Part shown: positions 52,549-62,024 of the stretch, in pieces
Layout of the letters: every line of letters begins with the position of its first letter
Numbering within the stretch: the stretch's first letter is position 1
Virus genome (UHGV): UHGV-0148165
Origin: a virus
Length of the DNA stretch: 64,000 bases
Strand: one strand, 5' to 3'
The notes under the pieces: model-generated
Databases searched by the model: none
The model's input: only the letters and a program-made list of their open reading frames with translations
Told to the model about the DNA's origin: nothing
Program-made: the position numbers and the translations under genes

Positions 52549-52771
52549 TTTCATGGCATCAATTTGAACATCTCAAAGGATTGATTTATGAATCCGAGAT
52601 GGCAGCAATGATTTATGGACGTCAGATTCAACGATTAGAATCTTTACCTCCAACTAATGATGTTTTATTAGCTCAATCACGTGCTAATCTTAAAAATGAA
52701 TACCAAAATAAGTGGGGTAAAGCATCTAAAGACCTGCATGATTATATTCAATCATTGGTTGAGAAAAATAA

Positions 52772-52775
<4 letters not shown>
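52545..52775 (+). CDS. hypothetical protein (76 aa)
   Basis: ATGA overlap with upstream ORF. Confidence 0.5.
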
Positions 52776-53976
<1,201 letters not shown>

Positions 53977-54040
53977 TGGCTTGGCACCATGAAACTTGGG
54001 ATATTATTAATTGGCTTGAAGAAAATTATGTGAGGTAAAT

Positions 54041-54316
54041 ATGTTTCCGACTTATTCTAAAATCGTAGAAGTAGTGTTTAGCCAAATTATTGCTAATAAT
54101 ATGTTTGAAAAACTTGATAATGCAGCTGAGCTTCGAATCCATGCTCAAGTGACTCATGTATTGAACACTTTGCTTCCAGACCAGGTGGATTCTGTTGCCA
54201 TCACGTTGTATCCAGGTTCCGCGCATATCATTGTCGTATTTGGTCTTGATGCTGAGCTAGTTATCAAAGGCGATATTCGTTTTGAATCGCAGACAGCAGA
54301 ATTCAAAGCAATTTAA
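54041..54316 (+). CDS. hypothetical protein (91 aa)
   Basis: ATG with GAGG SD. Confidence 0.5.
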   Translation: MFPTYSKIVEVVFSQIIANNMFEKLDNAAELRIHAQVTHVLNTLLPDQVDSVAITLYPGSAHIIVVFGLDAELVIKGDIRFESQTAEFKAI

Positions 54317-54318
54317 TA

Positions 54319-54349
54319 GTTTACTTTACGGTAGAGTTGTGATATTATA
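54319..54349 (+). promoter_or_regulatory. T4-type early promoter
   Basis: GTTTAC then 19 bp then TATTAT. Confidence 0.55.
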
Positions 54350-54377
54350 GCTCTACCAAACAAATGAGGAAAACAAA

Positions 54378-54617
54378 ATGCTGCTAAGTGAAAAACCGAT
54401 TACTGTTAAAGAATTCCAAGAAAAAGTTAAGCTATTTGCGCAGGAATTGGTAAATAAGGTTTCTGAACGATTTCCTGAAACATCGGTTCGTGTTATTACC
54501 GAAACTCCTCGTTCAGTATTAGTAATTGTGAATCCAGGTGATGGCGATCAAATATCGCATCTTAAATTAGATTTTGATGGATTAGTTGAAGCACAAAGGG
54601 TGTATGGCGTACTATGA
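54378..54617 (+). CDS. hypothetical protein (79 aa)
   Basis: ATG with GAGGAAAA SD. Confidence 0.5.
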   Translation: MLLSEKPITVKEFQEKVKLFAQELVNKVSERFPETSVRVITETPRSVLVIVNPGDGDQISHLKLDFDGLVEAQRVYGVL

Positions 54618-54952
54618 TGAATTTAACTGATATAATTGATAATTGTCTTGAAAATGATACTGGCGATCATAGAGCGCTTGATTCTGAAACAGCACAGTTC
54701 ATTAGAATAACTTTAATGAATGATACTCTAGTGAATAGTATTCATCCTTCTGTGTATGATGCTATTATTGTGACGAAGTATCCAGTTGAGCTTCACAAAA
54801 AGATGACTGGCGCAGTTTTTATTGATAAGAAAAACCGCTTTAAAGATGGGCTGAATATAATTACTTCTGTTGTTAAAAGTATAACTAAACTTCGTCACGA
54901 AATTTATCGCGTTGAAACTGCTAAATCTGCTTATCTGGTGATTATGAAATGA
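54614..54952 (+). CDS. hypothetical protein (112 aa)
   Basis: ATGA overlap with upstream ORF. Confidence 0.5.
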   Translation: MMNLTDIIDNCLENDTGDHRALDSETAQFIRITLMNDTLVNSIHPSVYDAIIVTKYPVELHKKMTGAVFIDKKNRFKDGLNIITSVVKSITKLRHEIYRVETAKSAYLVIMK

Positions 54953-55530
54953 AAGCGAGTACAGTACTTCAAATTGCATATTTAGTATCACAGGAATCAA
55001 AATGTTGCTCCTGGAAGGTAGGAGCAGTAATTGAAAAGAATGGACGTATTATTTCTACCGGATATAATGGTTCACCCGCAGGGGGTGTGAACTGTTGTGA
55101 TTATGCTGCTGAGCAAGGTTGGTTGTTGAATAAGCCTAAACATACTATCATTCAAGGTCATAAGCCTGAATGCGTATCATTTGGTTCAACTGATCGTTTT
55201 GTTTTGGCGAAAGAACATCGTAGCGCTCACTCTGAATGGTCGTCTAAAAATGAAATTCATGCTGAACTAAATGCAATTTTGTTTGCTGCACGAAATGGTT
55301 CTTCTATTGAAGGTGCTACTATGTATGTAACACTTTCTCCTTGCCCAGATTGTGCAAAAGCGATAGCTCAATCTGGCATTAAAAAGCTGGTTTATTGCGA
55401 AACATACGATAAAAATAAACCTGGCTGGGATGATATTCTGCGAAATGCAGGTATTGAAGTGTTTAATGTTCCTAAGAAAAACTTGAATAAGTTAAACTGG
55501 GAAAATATCAACGAATTCTGTGGTGAATAA
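54949..55530 (+). CDS. cd: dCMP deaminase Cd
   Basis: 193 aa; zinc motif HAELNAI...PCPDCAKA. Confidence 0.9.
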   Translation: MKASTVLQIAYLVSQESKCCSWKVGAVIEKNGRIISTGYNGSPAGGVNCCDYAAEQGWLLNKPKHTIIQGHKPECVSFGSTDRFVLAKEHRSAHSEWSSKNEIHAELNAILFAARNGSSIEGATMYVTLSPCPDCAKAIAQSGIKKLVYCETYDKNKPGWDDILRNAGIEVFNVPKKNLNKLNWENINEFCGE

Positions 55531-55766
55531 TGAAATTTCGTTTGGTAAAGCTCACAGCAATTAGTTCTTATTCTAACGAGAACATCTCATTTGCTGTAGA
55601 GTTTAAGAAATATTTTTTCTCTAAATGGAAACAGTATTATAAAACTGATTGGACTAGTATTGATAGACCATATAGTTGGAAATCTGATTTAGAAAAATGC
55701 CAAAAATTACTTTCCACCCTTAAAGAACGTGGAACAACTCATATTAAAACTGTGATAGGTAAATAA
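55530..55766 (+). CDS. hypothetical protein (78 aa)
   Basis: TAATG overlap with cd stop. Confidence 0.5.
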   Translation: MKFRLVKLTAISSYSNENISFAVEFKKYFFSKWKQYYKTDWTSIDRPYSWKSDLEKCQKLLSTLKERGTTHIKTVIGK

Positions 55767-56075
55767 ATGAAACTGACAACTGAGCAGAAAGTAGCAATTC
55801 GTGAAATTTTGAAAACTAAATTGTCTATGGGTGTTTCAAACGTAGTTTTTGAAAAGTCTGATGGTACTATTCGTACTATGAAAGGTACTCGTGATGCAGA
55901 CTTTATGCCAACCATGCAAACTGGCAAATTGACTGAATCTACTCGGAAAGAATCTACTGACATGATTCCAGTATTTGATGTTGAACTTGGTGCATGGCGA
56001 GGTTTTTCTATTGACAAATTGATTTCTGTTAATGGTATGAAAGTTGAGCATTTGCTCCAATTTATTGGTAAATAA
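55767..56075 (+). CDS. hypothetical protein (102 aa)
   Basis: ATG start; upstream of gene 31. Confidence 0.5.
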   Translation: MKLTTEQKVAIREILKTKLSMGVSNVVFEKSDGTIRTMKGTRDADFMPTMQTGKLTESTRKESTDMIPVFDVELGAWRGFSIDKLISVNGMKVEHLLQFIGK

Positions 56076-56131
56076 ATGCTTTAAGAATTATTTGTTATTA
56101 TTAATTCATCTGTTAACAAAAAGGAAAAACG

Positions 56132-56467
56132 ATGTCTGAAGTACAACAGCTACCAATTCGTGCTGTCGGTGAATATGTTATTTTAGTTTCTGAACCTGCA
56201 CAAGCCGGTGATGAAGAAGTTACAGAATCAGGACTTATTATCGGTAAACGTGTTCAAGGTGAAGTTCCTGAACTGTGTGTAGTTCACTCTGTCGGTCCTG
56301 ATGTTCCTGAAGGTTTCTGCGAAGTTGGTGATTTGACTTCTCTTCCAGTTGGTCAAATTCGAAATGTTCCGCATCCTTTTGTAGCTCTGGGTCTTAAGCA
56401 GCCAAAAGAAATTAAACAAAAATTCGTTACTTGTCACTATAAAGCTATTCCATGTCTTTATAAGTGA
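56132..56467 (+). CDS. 31: co-chaperonin gp31 (GroES-like)
   Basis: 111 aa [24 protein letters not shown]..., recognised as gp31. Confidence 0.9.
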
Positions 56468-56474
56468 TATAAAT
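56467..56474 (+). promoter_or_regulatory. possible late promoter motif TATAAATA
   Basis: Exact TATAAATA overlapping gene 31 stop, about 140 nt upstream of rIII. Confidence 0.35.
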
Positions 56475-56614
56475 AATAATATGAATTGGGTGTCGGAATA
56501 ATAAGTTAACCGAACAATTCTATGTGGTAGTCTACAACTGAGAGATCTGTCGAAAGAAGATGAAATTCAGAAGAACGTGACTACCGAGTTTTAATCTCTA
56601 ACGAGAATTTTTAA

Positions 56615-56863
56615 ATGATTAAACAATTACAACACGCTCTTGAACTGCAACGAAACGCATGGAATAATGGTCACGAAAACTATGGCGCATCTATTGATGT
56701 TGAAGCCGAAGCTCTTGAAATCCTGCGTTATTTCAAACATCTGAATCCTGCTCAAACTGCATTAGCTGCTGAGCTTCAGGAAAAAGATGAACTTAAATAT
56801 GCTAAGCCTTTGGCTTCTGCTGCACGAAAAGCAGTTCGTCACTTTGTGGTAACACTGAAGTAA
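56615..56863 (+). CDS. rIII: rIII lysis inhibition accessory protein
   Basis: 82 aa, same as T4 rIII; position between 31 and 30. Confidence 0.75.
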   Translation: MIKQLQHALELQRNAWNNGHENYGASIDVEAEALEILRYFKHLNPAQTALAAELQEKDELKYAKPLASAARKAVRHFVVTLK

Positions 56864-56982
56864 TTATGATGACGGGTTTATGGTTATCCTGGTCGTTAAA
56901 TATCCAAAACCTATGTTCCCCTTGAGGGCTTGCGCAGGCAATGCCAATAAGTCCTGCATTTTCATTTAAAAGAGAATTTATA

Positions 56983-57159
56983 ATGGCAAAACAAGCTAAA
57001 GCAAAGAAAGCAGTTGAAAAGAAAGTTGGTGATTCTAAACGCGCTGGCTACAAGCGTGGGTCGAACTCTCGTATCAATCAAACTGTTGAGAAGATCATGC
57101 GCCGAGCACGTGCGGTTCTTCGAGATGATGCTTCTCGTTTTGGTAAGCAGAAAGCATAA
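56983..57159 (+). CDS. hypothetical basic protein (58 aa)
   Basis: MAKQAKAKKAVEKKVGDSKRAGYKRG...; alternative upstream ATG 56941; terminator follows. Confidence 0.45.
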   Translation: MAKQAKAKKAVEKKVGDSKRAGYKRGSNSRINQTVEKIMRRARAVLRDDASRFGKQKA

Positions 57160-57165
57160 GTTGAG

Positions 57166-57190
57166 GACTCCTTCGGGAGTCCTTTTTTAT
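57166..57190 (+). terminator. rho-independent terminator
   Basis: GGACTCC-TTCG-GGAGTCC then TTTTTT; same hairpin as at 3891. Confidence 0.85.
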
Positions 57191-57212
57191 TTTCCAAAGA
57201 TTGCACAAAGTT

Positions 57213-57244
57213 GTTTACAGTACGGTTCCTTTGTGATAGTATTA
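57213..57244 (+). promoter_or_regulatory. T4-type early promoter
   Basis: GTTTAC then spacer then TAGTATTAT. Confidence 0.55.
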
Positions 57245-57269
57245 TCTTACACAAACAAAGGAGAATAAA

Positions 57270-57602
57270 ATGAAAACTATTAATCTGAACGCTACAGTTA
57301 AAACTAAATGTTTCAATGGTAAATATAATGAAACTATGTGGTTCTTAATGGCAGTTGAAGGTGATATTATTGAAGTAGAAACAACAGAAGGTATGGGAAC
57401 AGATTTCACCTTTACAATTCAAGTTCATAATTTCTTTACTGGTTGGATTTATGAATTGAATACAGTAATCGTTGGAAAAATTGAACAAAATGAATTAGGT
57501 GAATGGTATTATGTTACAGCTCGCCAACGTGCTGAACGCTTAATTGAGAAAATGAAAAAAGTTGGTAAACTTGACATGCAGCATTGGAAAGTAGTAAAAT
57601 AA
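57270..57602 (+). CDS. hypothetical protein (110 aa)
   Basis: ATG with AAGGAGAA SD. Confidence 0.5.
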   Translation: MKTINLNATVKTKCFNGKYNETMWFLMAVEGDIIEVETTEGMGTDFTFTIQVHNFFTGWIYELNTVIVGKIEQNELGEWYYVTARQRAERLIEKMKKVGKLDMQHWKVVK

Positions 57603-57604
57603 TT

Positions 57605-57633
57605 GTTTACTTTGGTACAGGACATGATATTAT
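57605..57633 (+). promoter_or_regulatory. T4-type early promoter
   Basis: GTTTAC then 17 bp then TATTAT. Confidence 0.55.
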
Positions 57634-57669
57634 ATACCTGTACCGCAATTAAACATCTTGGAGAATAAA

Positions 57670-58035
57670 ATGAACTACATTAACTTTGAACGTAAATATG
57701 TTTCTAATGGTATTGCAGGTTCTATTGATACCATCTGCCTTTGGAAACATCAAAACGGATCAGTATGCGAAATCGATCAGTATATGACTCCTAACTACGT
57801 TTATATGCGATTTGAAAACGGTATCACGGTTTCAATCACAATGGAAGGTTCCAACTTTAAAATCGCTCTGGATGATGATTTCCGTCAACGCGATTTAGGG
57901 ACTCATCCTTGCTGGAATGGTGCTAATCGTAAACTCTTAGTTAAAACTTGGATTCGTCATATTCTGAGTAACAGAGCTAAACCTGAGCATCTTGAAGCAA
58001 TCTTTGATGTAGTTCTTAACGAATTTGATATTTAA
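57670..58035 (+). CDS. hypothetical protein (121 aa)
   Basis: ATG 57670 with GGAGAA SD; track start is TTG. Confidence 0.5.
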   Translation: MNYINFERKYVSNGIAGSIDTICLWKHQNGSVCEIDQYMTPNYVYMRFENGITVSITMEGSNFKIALDDDFRQRDLGTHPCWNGANRKLLVKTWIRHILSNRAKPEHLEAIFDVVLNEFDI

Positions 58036-58044
58036 AATAAAATG

Positions 58045-58063
58045 AGGGGCTTCGGGCCCCTTA
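58045..58063 (+). terminator. putative terminator hairpin
   Basis: GGGGC-TTCG-GGCCCC then TTAC. Confidence 0.5.
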
Positions 58064-58077
58064 CTGAGGAAAATATT

Positions 58078-58365
58078 ATGTTTATGACTACTTATTTTGA
58101 TACTCGCAAAAATTTCTGTGAAGTGGTTTTCTCAAAGGCACCTAAAGACCTTCCTGCACATTTGCAACCTACTAGCGAATCGATTAAAAACTACGTTGAT
58201 GCGGTTTGTCCTTTAGAGTTTCGTACTGTAAATGGGCACGATACTTTAGCTATCACTAAACTCAATCGTGAAATTGACATTGACCCTTCAATTGCGCGCG
58301 AAATTAATATTTCTGATATTGGTGGCGGTAATGTTAAATCGCATGGTTTTCAGATGAGGTTCTAA
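58078..58365 (+). CDS. hypothetical protein (95 aa)
   Basis: ATG 58078 with GAGGAAAA SD; track ATG 58042 lies in the hairpin. Confidence 0.5.
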   Translation: MFMTTYFDTRKNFCEVVFSKAPKDLPAHLQPTSESIKNYVDAVCPLEFRTVNGHDTLAITKLNREIDIDPSIAREINISDIGGGNVKSHGFQMRF

Positions 58366-58562
58366 TGAAATTCTTTTTAGGTCAAACTGTTGAATTAAAG
58401 GGAGTTGGTATACCTGGATTAATTTCTAAGGTTTTACCTCCATTTAAATGGAGTGGTATTCAAATAAAAGAGGCTTATATTGTTTCCTGGGTAGATGGAA
58501 ATGAAGACCTTCGTATGGGTGATGAATTATCTCCTATCTACGGATTAAAGGAATTAGTATGA
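58365..58562 (+). CDS. hypothetical protein (65 aa)
   Basis: TAATG overlap with upstream stop. Confidence 0.5.
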   Translation: MKFFLGQTVELKGVGIPGLISKVLPPFKWSGIQIKEAYIVSWVDGNEDLRMGDELSPIYGLKELV

Positions 58563-58765
58563 ATATAATTAATAAGATTTTTGGAATTCAGTACATTAAG
58601 GTCACATATAAAGTAACAGATAAAAATCCATATACCGATGAACATGAAGAACCACAAATTGAGTCTATTATATTAGAAAAAGGCAGTGACTGGCCAGTTG
58701 AATTTCGTCTTCCTTGCTATGGTCATTGGGCTGATGTTGAAATTATAAGCATTGAAAATGTCTGA
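58559..58765 (+). CDS. hypothetical protein (68 aa)
   Basis: ATGA overlap with upstream ORF. Confidence 0.45.
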   Translation: MNIINKIFGIQYIKVTYKVTDKNPYTDEHEEPQIESIILEKGSDWPVEFRLPCYGHWADVEIISIENV

Positions 58766-59216
58766 GTTAGAGATTAGAAGCAATTTTAAGTGGCCATCAT
58801 GTGCATTAAGTAATTTCGCTCAATGGCCTTTCGTTATGGATGGTATTCAATTTGGAGGTCTAGAAGGATTCCTTCAAGGGTGCAAGGTGAAAAATGTTGA
58901 ACAACAACGTCGTATATTTGGGTTATCAGGGCTTGCCGCTCAACAAGCTGGAAGGTCTTATGCTAGAGCTCAGGACCGTGGGACCCTCTTCTGGCTTGGA
59001 GTTCCGTTTTCAAGATACTCCCCGGCGTGGAAAGAATTATACACAAATGCATATTTTGAAGCAGCGATCCAAAACAAGGGCTTTCGTGATGCATTACAAG
59101 CCTCGAAAGGAAAAGTTTTGAAGCACAGCATGGCTAGTGGTCTAACAAAAGATGATACAATACTAACCGAAGCTGAATTTATTGATGTGTTAAACCTATT
59201 AAGAGACTCTCTATGA
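58758..59216 (+). CDS. NADAR/YbiA-like (DUF1768) domain protein
   Basis: LSNFAQWPFVMDGIQFGGLEGFLQGCKV matches the YbiA/NADAR core as I recall it (FSNFA-WP-x-VDG...SEHYFQAQKF), and the C-terminal half aligns as well. Confidence 0.6.
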   Translation: MSELEIRSNFKWPSCALSNFAQWPFVMDGIQFGGLEGFLQGCKVKNVEQQRRIFGLSGLAAQQAGRSYARAQDRGTLFWLGVPFSRYSPAWKELYTNAYFEAAIQNKGFRDALQASKGKVLKHSMASGLTKDDTILTEAEFIDVLNLLRDSL

Positions 59217-60058
59217 AGCCTACTATTTTAACTGATATCGATGGAGTATGTTTAAGCTGGCAATCAGGCCTTCCTTATTTTGCTCAGAAATATAATCTTC
59301 CGTTGGAACATATTTTAAAAATGATCCAGGATGAAAAATTTATTTCACCTGGTAAACTTTTTAATTGTGATGAAGAACTTGGTGTCAAGTTAATTGAAAA
59401 ATACAATCGATCAGATTTTATTCGTTACTTGTCTCCATATAAAGATGCTCTGTGTGTAATTAACAAATTAAAAGAAGATTATAATTTTGTTGCTGTTACA
59501 GCATTGGGTGATTCTATTGATGCTCTGCTGAATCGTCAATTTAATTTGAATGCTCTTTTTCCTGGTGCCTTCTCAGAAGTACTGATGTGTGGTCATGATT
59601 CTTCAAAAGAAGAGTTGTTCAAAAAGGCAAAAGAGAAATATAACGTAATTTGTTATATTGACGATCTCGCTCACCACTGCGATCATGCGAGTGAAATATT
59701 AAATGTGCCTGTTTATTGGATGGCTCGAGGGGAGCGTGACAGTATTCCAAAAACTGCACAGCGTGTTTATACATGGAATGATGTAGAGAATAAGCTTTTT
59801 CCATTGAAGGAAAATAAAGAAAGTTTTGATAGTGAAAAAGCTATAAAAGATGTAATTGAGAAGATGATTAAAAACGATTCTTTTCGTTGGAACACTACCT
59901 GGAGAACTCCTGGATTTAATCCTTATAATCCATATTATCTATATCATCCATATCAGACGCATCCGTTTCAGACATGGAACTATATTAAACCCGGTGGCAT
60001 AGAGTATTTGTATAATAGACCTACTGGTGCTAATAATATTTTCCAAGGAGCATTCTAA
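59213..60058 (+). CDS. HAD-superfamily phosphatase-like protein (281 aa)
   Basis: HAD motif I ILTDIDGV and motif IV-like CYIDD; aromatic/Pro-rich C-terminal tail; ATGA overlap with NADAR-like ORF. Confidence 0.5.
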   Translation: MKPTILTDIDGVCLSWQSGLPYFAQKYNLPLEHILKMIQDEKFISPGKLFNCDEELGVKLIEKYNRSDFIRYLSPYKDALCVINKLKEDYNFVAVTALGDSIDALLNRQFNLNALFPGAFSEVLMCGHDSSKEELFKKAKEKYNVICYIDDLAHHCDHASEILNVPVYWMARGERDSIPKTAQRVYTWNDVENKLFPLKENKESFDSEKAIKDVIEKMIKNDSFRWNTTWRTPGFNPYNPYYLYHPYQTHPFQTWNYIKPGGIEYLYNRPTGANNIFQGAF

Positions 60059-60327
60059 TGTTTGTTGTTCACACTATTTATGAAAATGAAGGTAATACTA
60101 CACGTGATTACGGTCACGTAAATCAATTTTTTAGATGCAATCCAGAATTCCGAGCTCAAAAAGACGAACGAATTTTTAAAAAATGTGTAGAGCAAGGTTT
60201 CATTTACGTCAAGCATTGGATGCAAGGAAATAAAGTTAGAACCACGTACCACAGGTCTTTGCCTGAGCTTAATGATGAATTGATTTATAATAGAGCTGTA
60301 AACCAAACCTTGAAGGATGAGCAATGA
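60058..60327 (+). CDS. hypothetical protein (89 aa)
   Basis: TAATG overlap upstream; ATGA overlap with ligase start. Confidence 0.5.
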   Translation: MFVVHTIYENEGNTTRDYGHVNQFFRCNPEFRAQKDERIFKKCVEQGFIYVKHWMQGNKVRTTYHRSLPELNDELIYNRAVNQTLKDEQ

Positions 60328-61787
60328 TTCTTAAAATTCTGAATGAAATAGCATCTATTGGTTCAACTAAGCAGAAGCAAGCAATTCTTGAAAAGAATAA
60401 AGATAATGAATTGCTTAAACGGGTATATCGTCTGACTTATTCTCGCGGGTTACAGTATTATATCAAGAAATGGCCTAAACCTGGTATTGCTACCCAGAGT
60501 TTTGGAATGCTGACTATTACTGATATGCTTGACTTCATTGAATTCACGTTAGCTACTCGGAAATTGACTGGAAATGCGGCAATTGAGGAATTAACTGGAT
60601 ATATCACCGATGGTAAAAAAGATGATGTTGAAGTTTTGCGTCGGGTGATGATGCGAGACCTTGAATGTGGTGCTTCAGTATCTATTGCAAACAAAGTTTG
60701 GCCAGGTTTAATTCCTGAACAACCTCAAATGCTCGCAAGTTCTTATGATGAAAAAGGCATTAATAAGAATATCAAATTTCCAGCCTTTGCCCAGTTAAAA
60801 GCTGATGGAGCTCGGTGTTTTGCTGAAGTTAGAGGTGATGAATTAGATGATGTTCGTCTTTTATCACGAGCTGGTAATGAATATCTAGGATTAGATCTTC
60901 TTAAAGAAGAGTTAATCAAAATGACCGCAGAAGCCCGCCAGATTCATCCAGAAGGTGTGTTAATTGATGGCGAATTGGTATACCATGAGCAAGTTAAAAA
61001 GGAGCCAGAAGGCCTAGATTTTCTTTTTGATGCTTATCCTGAAAACAGTAAAGCTAAAGAATTCGCCGAAGTAGCTGAATCACGTACTGCATCTAATGGC
61101 ATCGCCAATAAATCTTTAAAGGGAACCATTTCTGAAAAAGAAGCACAATGCATGAAGTTTCAGGTCTGGGATTATGTCCCGTTGGTAGAAATATACGGTC
61201 TTCCTGCATTTCGTTTGAAATATGATGTACGTTTTTCTAAACTAGAACAAATGACATCAGGCTATGATAAAGTAATTTTAATTGAAAACCAGGTAGTAAA
61301 TAACCTAGACGAAGCCAAGGTAATTTATAAAAAGTATATTGACCAAGGTCTTGAAGGTATTATTCTCAAAAATATCGATGGATTATGGGAAAATGCTCGT
61401 TCAAAAAATCTCTATAAATTTAAAGAAGTAATTGATGTTGATTTAAAAATTGTAGGAATTTATCCTCACCGTAAAGACCCTACTAAAGCAGGTGGATTTA
61501 TTCTTGAGTCAGAGTGTGGAAAAATTAAAGTAAATGCTGGTTCAGGCTTAAAAGATAAAGCCGGTGTAAAATCGCATGAACTTGACCGTACTCGCATTAT
61601 GGAAAACCAAAATTATTATATTGGAAAAATTCTAGAGTGCGAATGCAACGGTTGGTTAAAATCTGATGGCCGCACTGATTACGTTAAATTATTTCTTCCG
61701 ATTGCGATTCGTTTGCGTGAAGATAAAACTAAAGCTAATACATTCGAGGATGTATTTGGTGATTTTCATGAGGTAACTGGTTTATGA
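60324..61787 (+). CDS. 30: ATP-dependent DNA ligase (gp30)
   Basis: 487 aa, same as T4 ligase; starts MILKILNEIASIGSTKQKQ; adenylation motif KADG (LKADGARCF). Confidence 0.95.
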   Translation: MILKILNEIASIGSTKQKQAILEKNKDNELLKRVYRLTYSRGLQYYIKKWPKPGIATQSFGMLTITDMLDFIEFTLATRKLTGNAAIEELTGYITDGKKDDVEVLRRVMMRDLECGASVSIANKVWPGLIPEQPQMLASSYDEKGINKNIKFPAFAQLKADGARCFAEVRGDELDDVRLLSRAGNEYLGLDLLKEELIKMTAEARQIHPEGVLIDGELVYHEQVKKEPEGLDFLFDAYPENSKAKEFAEVAESRTASNGIANKSLKGTISEKEAQCMKFQVWDYVPLVEIYGLPAFRLKYDVRFSKLEQMTSGYDKVILIENQVVNNLDEAKVIYKKYIDQGLEGIILKNIDGLWENARSKNLYKFKEVIDVDLKIVGIYPHRKDPTKAGGFILESECGKIKVNAGSGLKDKAGVKSHELDRTRIMENQNYYIGKILECECNGWLKSDGRTDYVKLFLPIAIRLREDKTKANTFEDVFGDFHEVTGL

Positions 61788-61972
61788 AAGCTTACTTAGA
61801 AACAATTGTCATTGCTCAAAAAGAAGGTGGAGATGTTTCTACTTCTGTATCACAAGTCATTCTCGAATTTGTAGATGCATACGCTTATAATAAATTCACA
61901 GAAACATTTGATGCCTATGAAAAAGGTCCAAAGTTTGAAATATACCGTACTCTCTTACCACTAGATTATTAA
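61784..61972 (+). CDS. hypothetical protein (62 aa)
   Basis: ATGA overlap with ligase stop; terminator follows. Confidence 0.5.
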   Translation: MKAYLETIVIAQKEGGDVSTSVSQVILEFVDAYAYNKFTETFDAYEKGPKFEIYRTLLPLDY

Positions 61973-61973
61973 A

Positions 61974-61993
61974 GGCCTTCGGGCCTTTAATTT
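61974..61993 (+). terminator. rho-independent terminator
   Basis: GGCC-TTCG-GGCC then TTTAATTTT. Confidence 0.7.
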
Positions 61994-62024
61994 TATAAAT
62001 AGAATAAACACTAGAGAGGCTATG

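Noticed and set aside
56526-56586. Imperfect inverted repeat (GGTAGTC ... GACTACC) between gene 31 and rIII as a structured ncRNA
   Set aside because: Stems are short (7 bp) and separated by 46 nt with no supporting covariation visible; insufficient evidence from a single sequence
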